A stretch of DNA of 24,883 nt from a bacterium (GTDB lineage Bacteria > Sysuimicrobiota > Sysuimicrobiia > Sysuimicrobiales > Humicultoraceae): positions 1 to 24,883 of the forward strand of contig JBGQGY010000043.1 of assembly GCA_041497675.1 (NCBI GenBank). The letters run 5' to 3'. The notes below the pieces were generated by a model, which worked only from the letters and a program-made list of their open reading frames with translations, ran no database searches and was not told the DNA's origin. The position numbers were made by a program, and so were the translations under genes. Of the stretch, positions 17,997 through 24,883 are shown piece by piece; position 1 is the stretch's first letter, and each line of letters begins with the position of its first letter.

Positions 17997-18016
17997 TGCT
18001 ATGCTGTGCGTAGAAT
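17997..18016 (+). promoter_or_regulatory. Possible sigma70-type extended -10 element(s) upstream of the vWA gene
   Basis: TGcTATGCT (17997-18005) and TAGAAT (18011-18016) in the 35-nt intergenic gap. No convincing -35. Confidence 0.35.
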
Positions 18017-18026
18017 GCGAGGGCAG

Positions 18027-21014
18027 ATGATGACTAATCCGCGAGGCGCGTTCGTGCTCGTGACCGCGCTCGTGCTGGCGGTCGCCGCGTCGGCACCACC
18101 GCGCGCAGCAACGCAGTTGAGGACGCCTCCCGGGCTCGGCGCGTCCCCGTCCGGGTTCGGCGCATCCCCATCTGGCGACGCGGTGCTAGTGGACTCGAAC
18201 AACTCACCCCGAGGTTTCAACATCGCCCTGGCCGTGCTGGGTGGCAAGATCGAGAGCAAGACGTCGGAATACGACGACCACACGTGGGCCGCCGAGAATC
18301 TGATAGACGGGCTGACCTACATCGCGGGCGGCCGGGGATGTCGCCCAGTGTGCGGTTGGTCGTCCAAGGATGGGACACTCCCTCAAGACATCGTGATCTC
18401 GTTTTACCAGGGCCGCGAGACGCAGATCGGCGCGGTCATTGTGGATACGACAACACACGAGACCATCGACTCGCCCGATCGGATTGCGAAGGACATCGAA
18501 GTCTGGACCTCGACGACAAGTCCGATCGATGGGTTTGTGAAAATCACCACCGCGCGGCTCCAACGTCGCTCCGCTGAACAACTGATCAAGATCGCACCGA
18601 GCCGCGCAAAGTTCGTGAGGCTTCGCCTTCTATCCAACTACGCCGGCCGGGGACTGACGCAACTGGGCGAGGTGAAGATCATCGAGACCGCCGGCGGGTC
18701 ATCCATCCTCGCCGACCTGCCAAAAGATTTGGCGCTACCCGCGCTGGGCGGCGCCGTCGTCCGCTCTACATCGTCCTATGAGCATGGGTCCCTTGCCGGG
18801 CTGATCGACAGCAATCCAGGTTTTCCGGGCTGGCGCTCGGCGGACGGTCCCTACGGGCCGCAGGCGTATCTCCCACAGGAGATCGTGTTTGCGCTCCGCG
18901 GGGATCAAGTGGCGCTCCTCGACCGGATCGTCCTAAATCCTAGCGCGCCGAAGGGCTCTGACCCCGCTTCGTGGCCCAGGATGATCTCGGTGTTGGTCTC
19001 GACCGAGACTCCGGTTGATGGGTTTCAGGAGGTCGGCCGGGTCGCCCTGACGGCCGATCCGCGTGACCAAGCGTTTCCAATTGGCCGGCGGGCGCGGTTC
19101 GTGAAGTTGCGAATCCTCGAGAATTTCGGCGGCCGGCATACGAGCCTGGGCAAAGTCAAACTGATCGAAGGCTCCGCCCCGGGGTACGAGTCGATTCTGC
19201 TCACCGACTCGACCATGGCCGCGCGTGGTCCGGCCGAGACGTCTCCGGTGGATGAAACCGGTGTCGCTGTTGAAACCGAACCCAACAACACGCCGGCGCA
19301 GGCCAACCCGCTCGAGCTCGGCCGCAGGACGAAAGGCAAAATCGAACCGCTGGGCGAGCAAGACGACTTCAAATTGCCGATTCCGGGGACGGCGCCGTCG
19401 GTACTGACGCTCGAGCTGCTCGGGCGCCCATATATCAGAACATCGCTGTCCTTGCTCGATGCCTCGGGGAAACTGCTCAAACAGTTCGACCCCGGGCGAC
19501 ATCCCGCGCAGCAAACGACGTTTTCTTGGCTCGTCAGCCCCGGCGAGCATCTCCTTCAGGTGACGGAGCCCCTGGTCTCAATCGTGCTGGTCTGGGACAC
19601 GAGCGGCAGCATGAGGAAAGAGAGTGTCGAGAACTTGAAGCAGGCAGTCGAAGCGTATGTCGACCAGGTCCGCCCGAGCGAGCGGCTGAACCTGATCCGC
19701 TTCAGCAACGATAAGGCCGACAGGCCGGTCGAGGTGCTACTGCCCGAGTTCACGAACGATCGGGAGCGCCTGAAGACCGCGGTGCAGGGTAAGTTCTACG
19801 CCGATGGCGGGACGCCGCTCTACGATGCGATCGCGAAGGGGATCGAGCTGCTCGAAGGCGCGCAGGGGAATCGGGCTATCATTGTCATGACCGACGGGGC
19901 GGATACGACCAGCCGCCTGAAGCACGCGGCATTTTGGAAGCTGCTGGATGAAAAGCGCACCCGTCTCTACACGATTGGGCTCGGGACGGAGCTGCCGGCG
20001 TTTGTCCCCGCGCTTGGAGCGAGCGGTGGGCGGGTGCTCAGCCACATGGCCGCGGCCACCGGCGGACGGTTCTTCTTCGCCCGCACCCCTGAAGAGTTGA
20101 AGGGCTTTTATCAACAGATCGCCGACGAACTTCGTGCGACTGCGACGTACTACATTCGCCCGACTCTGAGCCAGGGCACCGGAGGCCTGGCGGTGGCGGC
20201 GACCGGCGAGCGCCTGGCATCGGTCTCGGCGCCGAGCCAGATCGAGTTGATCCTGGATGCGTCGGGCTCGATGAACGAGAGGGTCGAAGGGCGTCCGAAG
20301 ATTGTGACCGCCAAGGAAGCCATGTCTCAGATTATCAAGGGGCTTCCCGACGACGCGCAGGTGGCGTTGCGCGTGTACGGGCATCGCATTCAAGAGGGGC
20401 GCAAGGGCGCCTGCCAGGATTCGGAACTCGTGTTTCCGTTCGGCAAGGTTGACAAGAACCAGATGCTCTCGAGGGTGGCCGCGATCAAAGCGCTCGGCAC
20501 GACGCCGATCGACTATTCGCTCCGGCAGGTCGCAAAAGACTTCGGCCGCACACCCGGCGAGAAGATGGTGATCCTCGTCACCGATGGCAAAGAGGCGTGC
20601 AAAGGCGATCCTGCGGCCGCGGTGTCGGAACTTCTCGCAAAGGGTCTGAAGGTGCGGCTGAACATTGTGGGCTTCGCGCTCGCCGACGTGGCCACCAAGC
20701 GCGACATGGAGCGCGTGGCGAAACTGACGGGCGGGAGGTTCTTCGACGCGACCAACGCCAAAGCCCTGACGCAGGCGATCGAGCAGTCGCTGGCCGTGCC
20801 CTATGACGTGCTCGATGCCGCCGGTGCGCGGGTCGGCGGCGGGCTGACCGGCCAGGATCGGGCAATGTTACCCGAGGGCGTGTACACCGTCGTCGTCCGC
20901 GCGGCCGGGACACCCATCACGGTCCGCAACGTCCGCGTCGCGCAAGGCGGTTTCACAAAGGTTGTCCTGAAGAAGGAAGGGCAAGAAGTTGGAGTCCAAG
21001 TGCTGGGGCCATAG
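18027..21014 (+). CDS. Secreted multidomain protein: two discoidin/galactose-binding-like domains, a PPC-like domain, two vWA (MIDAS) domains and a C-terminal beta domain
   Basis: Signal peptide MMTNPRGAFVLVTALVLAVAASA. Two internal repeats ending AKFVRLRLLSNY..GEVKIIE and ARFVKLRILENF..GKVKLIE. ETEPNNT. vWA1: DTSGSM/GGTPL/MTDG. vWA2: DASGSM/GTTPI/VTDG. The start could be 18030. Confidence 0.88.
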   Translation: MMTNPRGAFVLVTALVLAVAASAPPRAATQLRTPPGLGASPSGFGASPSGDAVLVDSNNSPRGFNIALAVLGGKIESKTSEYDDHTWAAENLIDGLTYIAGGRGCRPVCGWSSKDGTLPQDIVISFYQGRETQIGAVIVDTTTHETIDSPDRIAKDIEVWTSTTSPIDGFVKITTARLQRRSAEQLIKIAPSRAKFVRLRLLSNYAGRGLTQLGEVKIIETAGGSSILADLPKDLALPALGGAVVRSTSSYEHGSLAGLIDSNPGFPGWRSADGPYGPQAYLPQEIVFALRGDQVALLDRIVLNPSAPKGSDPASWPRMISVLVSTETPVDGFQEVGRVALTADPRDQAFPIGRRARFVKLRILENFGGRHTSLGKVKLIEGSAPGYESILLTDSTMAARGPAETSPVDETGVAVETEPNNTPAQANPLELGRRTKGKIEPLGEQDDFKLPIPGTAPSVLTLELLGRPYIRTSLSLLDASGKLLKQFDPGRHPAQQTTFSWLVSPGEHLLQVTEPLVSIVLVWDTSGSMRKESVENLKQAVEAYVDQVRPSERLNLIRFSNDKADRPVEVLLPEFTNDRERLKTAVQGKFYADGGTPLYDAIAKGIELLEGAQGNRAIIVMTDGADTTSRLKHAAFWKLLDEKRTRLYTIGLGTELPAFVPALGASGGRVLSHMAAATGGRFFFARTPEELKGFYQQIADELRATATYYIRPTLSQGTGGLAVAATGERLASVSAPSQIELILDASGSMNERVEGRPKIVTAKEAMSQIIKGLPDDAQVALRVYGHRIQEGRKGACQDSELVFPFGKVDKNQMLSRVAAIKALGTTPIDYSLRQVAKDFGRTPGEKMVILVTDGKEACKGDPAAAVSELLAKGLKVRLNIVGFALADVATKRDMERVAKLTGGRFFDATNAKALTQAIEQSLAVPYDVLDAAGARVGGGLTGQDRAMLPEGVYTVVVRAAGTPITVRNVRVAQGGFTKVVLKKEGQEVGVQVLGP
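18132..18176 (+). repeat. Imperfect 21-bp tandem duplication encoding GLGASPS-GFGASPS-G
   Basis: gggctcggcgcgtccccgtcc followed by gggttcggcgcatccccatct. Confidence 0.7.
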
Positions 21015-21052
21015 GGCGTGACACGAGCCCGTCGCCAACGGGAGGAATTGCG

Positions 21053-21481
21053 ATGACGGTCCACGCTCAAGCACCCCTACGCGCGATCGCCAGCGTCCTC
21101 GTCTTATTGTTCGTAGCGGGCGGTTGCCAGCGACCCGCAGCTAAGTCTGCCACAAGTCTGAAAGTCAGCGAGCGCGCGCCCGGCATGCGTCAGCAGGTTG
21201 ACGACCTTGTGCTCAGTGCGCGACGCACGTTCGACCTTGATCACGTCGATCCGGCCGCATACGCCGCGGCGATAGGCAGCGCGCCCGAGGTGAATTTCCA
21301 GTTCGTCCGAGACCGAATCGCGTACGAGACGTACCCGGGGGTCCTGCGGGGGCCGCGGGGTACGCTGTTTGAGGGGCCGTACTTTTCCGGAGAACAGGTC
21401 GGCGCAGAGGTCAGCAAGATGCTCGCAAACGGCTTTGTAGAAGTGAGCAACCCGCCGTGGTTGCCACTTGTCTGGCCGTGA
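21053..21481 (+). CDS. Putative lipoprotein carrying only the start of a transglutaminase-like domain (probably truncated)
   Basis: RBS GGAGGA. Lipobox-like LLFVAGG-C. FQFVRDRIAYETYPGVLRGPRGTL is not followed by the expected GNxxD helix in any + frame. Confidence 0.6.
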   Translation: MTVHAQAPLRAIASVLVLLFVAGGCQRPAAKSATSLKVSERAPGMRQQVDDLVLSARRTFDLDHVDPAAYAAAIGSAPEVNFQFVRDRIAYETYPGVLRGPRGTLFEGPYFSGEQVGAEVSKMLANGFVEVSNPPWLPLVWP

Positions 21482-21494
21482 TTCTGTGCACGCA

Positions 21495-21872
21495 ATGGTG
21501 CATCTCAGCCGAAAACGGTTTGAACAGCTCGTGACCGAAGCCCTGAAGGGGATTCCGGCCGACCTGCGCGGGGCCCTCGACAACATCGAAGTCGCCATCG
21601 AGGACTGGCCGTCCGAGGAGCAACTGGCCGATGCGGGCGTCGATGAAGACGACCTGCTCTTCGGCTTTTACCACGGCACGCCGCTGCCTCAGCGCAGCCC
21701 GATGGAACCGTACATGCTGCCGGACTTGATCACGATCTTTCAGGGGTCGCTCGAAGAGGCCTGCGAGACCGAAGACGAGCTTCGGGATGAGATCCGCCGC
21801 ACCGTCGTGCACGAGATCGCGCACTACTTTGGGTTTGACGAAGAGAAGCTCGCAGAACTGGGGTACGACTAG
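21495..21872 (+). CDS. Minimal zincin-like metallopeptidase (Zincin_1/DUF1025 type)
   Basis: RFEQLV.EAL..IP, LFGFYHGTPL..R, PDLITIFQ, TVVHEIAHYFG (HExxH), LAELGY. Confidence 0.92.
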   Translation: MVHLSRKRFEQLVTEALKGIPADLRGALDNIEVAIEDWPSEEQLADAGVDEDDLLFGFYHGTPLPQRSPMEPYMLPDLITIFQGSLEEACETEDELRDEIRRTVVHEIAHYFGFDEEKLAELGYD

Positions 21873-23614
21873 TGGTCTGGCTGATTGATCTGCTGCGCAA
21901 CGGCCTGCGGGCGCTCGCCAACCTGCGCACGCGGCTGCCCGGGTCGCCGGTCGACTACGTCCTTGTCGAGCTGGCGGGGTCGTATCCCGAGCGCACCGGA
22001 CCCCGTTCGCCGCTCCTGCGCAGATTGTTCCGTCTGTCGTGGCAGCAGCCACTGGGAGAGAGCCTGGAAGCGCTCCGCGGCCGGCTGGCCCGGATCGCCC
22101 GTTCACCACGTGTGCGCGGCATCGTGTTGCGGTTTCGCGATCTCCAGGGTGAGCCGCGCACCCTGGCGACGGTGCAGAGCTTGCGGCAGGCCCTTGCCGA
22201 GCTCCGCCGGCGGGGGAAGCGAATCGTCGTGTACCTGCCGGATGCACACCTGGCCCATTACTATCTCGCGACCGCGGCGGACGAAATCTGGATGCCGGAA
22301 GCAGGTATGTGGCAGGTGACGGGTCTGCGCACCGAGGTGACCTTCTACCGTGACGCGCTCGACCGGATCGGTCTGTTGCCCGAATTCGAGCGGGTGGCCG
22401 AGTACAAGACCGCGGCCGACCCGTTCATGCGGTCGACCATGTCCGAGTCTCATCGAGAAGTGGTGGAGTCGGTGCTCGATTCGGTGCTGGCGGAGATCGC
22501 GCGCGACGTCGCCGCCTCGCGACGGCTGGACGCGATTGCCGTGCGCGGCGCGATCAACAATGCCCCGATGAGCGCCGGGGACGCGAAGGCGGCAGGACTG
22601 ATCGATGGTCTCTGCTATGAGGATGAACTGCCGGTCAGGCTGGGTTCGGTCGAGCGCCCCGCCGCCCTTGTGCCTTGGCCGCAGGCCCGCCGGCGGCTGC
22701 CTCAATCGTATCGGTGGCGGGCGCGCACACCCGTGATTGGTGTCGTGGAACTGCTTGGCGGCATCACGACGGGCGAGAGTCGTGATGTCCCCCTGCCGGT
22801 ACCGCTCGTCGGTGGTCGGCTCGCTGGGTCCGACACGATCGCGAGGGCGTTTCGTACCGCAGAACGCCACCCACGGGTCCGCGCGATCATCTTCCACGTG
22901 GATTCCCGCGGAGGCTCGGCGCTGGCGAGCGATCTGATCTGGCGCGAAGTGGAACGTATCAAGGTGAAGAAGCCGGTCGTCGTGTACATGGGCAACGTCG
23001 CGGGTTCGGGCGGCTACTATGTCGCCTGCGGCGCCAGCCGGATCATTGCGCAGCCCACGACCATCACCGGCTCGATCGGCGTCATCGGCGGGAAGCTGAC
23101 GGCTCGCGGCCTGTACACCCGGCTCGGGTTGAACCGCGAGATCATCGCACGCGGCCACGCGGCCACCATCGAATCCATGTTTCAGCCGTTCACACCCGAG
23201 CAGTTGGAGCGCACGCGCCGTGAGATGCGCGCCGTCTACCAGCGCTTCGTCGGACGCGTCGCGGCCGGACGGCGGAAGACCGAGACCGACGTCGAGGCGA
23301 TCGCCAGAGGACGCATCTGGACCGGCCGCCAGGCCCTGGAGCACGGGCTCGTCGACGAACTTGGTGACTTCGCGGCAGCAGTGGACCGGGCCAAGGAGCT
23401 GGCTGGGATCGCCGTTGAGGCCGAGGTCTCGGTCGTCACGATGTTCCCTCCTCCCGTGACCCCGATTCCGTCGTCATCAACGCCACGGGCGGACGCCGCG
23501 GTGCCGTCGCTCGCGGGCGCTGTGGCGGAGGTGGTAGAGGTGTTCAAGCTCGTTGGCGCCTTGGCGGCCGAAGCCGCCCTGCTGATCATGCCCGAATTTG
23601 GGGGGGAGGAGTGA
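21872..23614 (+). CDS. sppA: Signal peptide peptidase SppA (protease IV, two-domain long form, S49)
   Basis: YYLATAADEI, EYKTAADPF (catalytic Lys), DSRGGSALASDLIWRE, MGNVAGSGGYY (catalytic Ser), TITGSIGV, GRIWTG.QA...GLVDELG. 1-nt overlap with the zincin stop. Confidence 0.93.
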   Translation: MVWLIDLLRNGLRALANLRTRLPGSPVDYVLVELAGSYPERTGPRSPLLRRLFRLSWQQPLGESLEALRGRLARIARSPRVRGIVLRFRDLQGEPRTLATVQSLRQALAELRRRGKRIVVYLPDAHLAHYYLATAADEIWMPEAGMWQVTGLRTEVTFYRDALDRIGLLPEFERVAEYKTAADPFMRSTMSESHREVVESVLDSVLAEIARDVAASRRLDAIAVRGAINNAPMSAGDAKAAGLIDGLCYEDELPVRLGSVERPAALVPWPQARRRLPQSYRWRARTPVIGVVELLGGITTGESRDVPLPVPLVGGRLAGSDTIARAFRTAERHPRVRAIIFHVDSRGGSALASDLIWREVERIKVKKPVVVYMGNVAGSGGYYVACGASRIIAQPTTITGSIGVIGGKLTARGLYTRLGLNREIIARGHAATIESMFQPFTPEQLERTRREMRAVYQRFVGRVAAGRRKTETDVEAIARGRIWTGRQALEHGLVDELGDFAAAVDRAKELAGIAVEAEVSVVTMFPPPVTPIPSSSTPRADAAVPSLAGAVAEVVEVFKLVGALAAEAALLIMPEFGGEE

Positions 23615-23641
23615 CCCGCCCGCCAACGAACTTCAGGCAGA

Positions 23642-24478
23642 GTGCAGGGCTCGAACGGCTCTTCGTCCCAGCAGAATTCCCTACGAGTGCGCGTTCTGCG
23701 CAGCGGGAGTGCCGGCAACGCCATCCTCGTTGAGGCGGACGGCCGGCGGTTCCTCATCGACGCCGGGCTGCCGGCTGAGACGCTCCTTCGAGAGATTGCC
23801 GACTGTTGTCCCACCGCCCCGCTGGACGCCATTCTCCTCACGCACGAACACGAGGATCACATCAAAGGGGCGGCTGGCGTCGCGCGCGCGACCGGGGCGG
23901 CGGTGTTGGTGAACGACGAGACCCTGCGGGCGGCCAATGGGCAGCTCGCTGGGGTCGCCGTCGAAACCTTTCGCTCGGACCGACCGTTTCAGGTCGGGGC
24001 GGTGGGGGTCACGCCGTTTCGGCTACCGCACGACGCGGCCGACCCGGTCGGGTTCGCGTTTGACTATTGCGGCGTGCGGGCGGCGGTGGCCTGCGATCTC
24101 GGCGAGGTGACCGACGTAATGCTCGAGCACGCCCGCGCGGCCGATCTCTTCTTGATCGAAGCGAACTACGATCTGCGCTTGATGGGCGTCTCGGCGTATC
24201 CGTGGTTTCTCAAGAATCGGATCATCAGTCCCCAGGGCCACTTGTCAAACGATGGCGCCGCGCAGGCTGCCGTCGGTGTGGCGACGGGCGGGTCACAGAC
24301 GATCATGCTTGTCCATTTGAGTGACGTGAACAATCTGGCCCCCCTGGCTCGTGATATCGTTCGTGCCGCGTTGGACGCCGAGGGCATGCATAGCGTGCGG
24401 GTAGAAGCGATCAGACCCAATTCAGGCGGACCGTGGTGGACCGGAGCGCGGATCGCGTCCACCGCTGCCGCCGGATGA
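23642..24478 (+). CDS. MBL-fold metallo-hydrolase, YycJ/WalJ (VicX)-like
   Basis: SGSAGN, LIDAG, THEHEDH, HDAADP, EANYD, YPWFLKNRI...GHLSN, HLS..NN. The start is uncertain (23642 or 23687). Confidence 0.9.
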   Translation: MQGSNGSSSQQNSLRVRVLRSGSAGNAILVEADGRRFLIDAGLPAETLLREIADCCPTAPLDAILLTHEHEDHIKGAAGVARATGAAVLVNDETLRAANGQLAGVAVETFRSDRPFQVGAVGVTPFRLPHDAADPVGFAFDYCGVRAAVACDLGEVTDVMLEHARAADLFLIEANYDLRLMGVSAYPWFLKNRIISPQGHLSNDGAAQAAVGVATGGSQTIMLVHLSDVNNLAPLARDIVRAALDAEGMHSVRVEAIRPNSGGPWWTGARIASTAAAG

Positions 24479-24883
24479 ACGTCCAGCCACGCCTCTTCCA
24501 CGGCGAGACCGCTACGCTCCGACGACACGCGGTGCAGATTTTGGGCGCGGGTGTTGCTGCGGCCGATCCGGCGGCGGCGATCCACCGCGCCATCGCGTTT
24601 GACGGCTCGACGCTGCGGGCCGCGGGGTGGGCGCATGACCTCGCGGCCCGTGGGCGCATCGTTGTGGTCGGCGCCGGGAAAGCCTCGGCCCGCATGGCGA
24701 TGGCGGTGGAAGATCTCCTCGGTGATCGTCTCGACGCCGGCGTTCTGGTCACCCGGTACGGGTACGGCGCCTCCCTGCGCCGGATCACGCTCCTGGAGGC
24801 CGGACACCCGCTCCCCGACGCCGCGGGGCAGCGTGCGGCCGAGCGCGTCGCGCAGGTGGCGGCCGAGGCCGGCCCCGACGATC
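24475..24883 (+). CDS. Class II glycerate kinase (MOFRL/TtuD family), partial, runs off the window end
   Basis: Not in the ORF track. ATG 24475 overlaps the MBL stop (ATGA). Manual translation: MNVQPRLFHGETATLRRHAVQILGAGVAAADP...RIVVVGAGKASARMA...VTRYGY...LLEAGHPLPDAAG...AGPDD. Confidence 0.9.
   Translation, partial: MNVQPRLFHGETATLRRHAVQILGAGVAAADPAAAIHRAIAFDGSTLRAAGWAHDLAARGRIVVVGAGKASARMAMAVEDLLGDRLDAGVLVTRYGYGASLRRITLLEAGHPLPDAAGQRAAERVAQVAAEAGPDD

Noticed and set aside
21028..21045. 5-bp hairpin touching the RBS of the lipoprotein gene
   Set aside because: Too short to tell from chance at this GC content.
22103..23344. 413-aa antisense ORF over sppA
   Set aside because: Antisense shadow of a well-supported gene.
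1..24883. CRISPR arrays, tRNA/rRNA, transposases, integrases, phage genes
   Set aside because: None seen. All intergenic gaps are about 115 nt or less, with no regularly spaced repeats.

Overview
GC-rich, gene-dense bacterial DNA with about 22 CDSs. I saw no rRNA, tRNA, CRISPR array or mobile element. Left part: tatA, a divergent ThDP enzyme of the ILVBL/HACL2 (IlvG-like) type, and an operon of a GGT-fold Ntn hydrolase that lacks the usual gamma-glutamyl-binding residues, an LLM/F420 oxidoreductase and a SelA/DgaE-like PLP enzyme. A convergent class III cyclase-STAND(NB-ARC)-TPR gene follows, sharing a hairpin that overlaps both stop codons. Middle: an MSOX/MTOX-family oxidase and a flavin amine (L-amino-acid) oxidase flank a secreted beta-propeller-like gene and its frameshifted, internally deleted paralog. 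Right part: a tightly packed + strand run (12958 to the end) of a small helical protein, PrsW protease, two paralogous unknown membrane proteins, another unknown membrane protein, glpK, a DUF3592-like protein, a 995-aa secreted discoidin x2/PPC/vWA x2 protein, a truncated transglutaminase-like lipoprotein, a zincin, sppA, a YycJ/WalJ-type MBL hydrolase and a partial class II glycerate kinase. The best candidates for an undescribed system are the PrsW/membrane-paralog/vWA-discoidin envelope cluster and the non-canonical GGT-LLM-SelA-like catabolic operon. All family calls come from motif recognition by eye; no database search was run.
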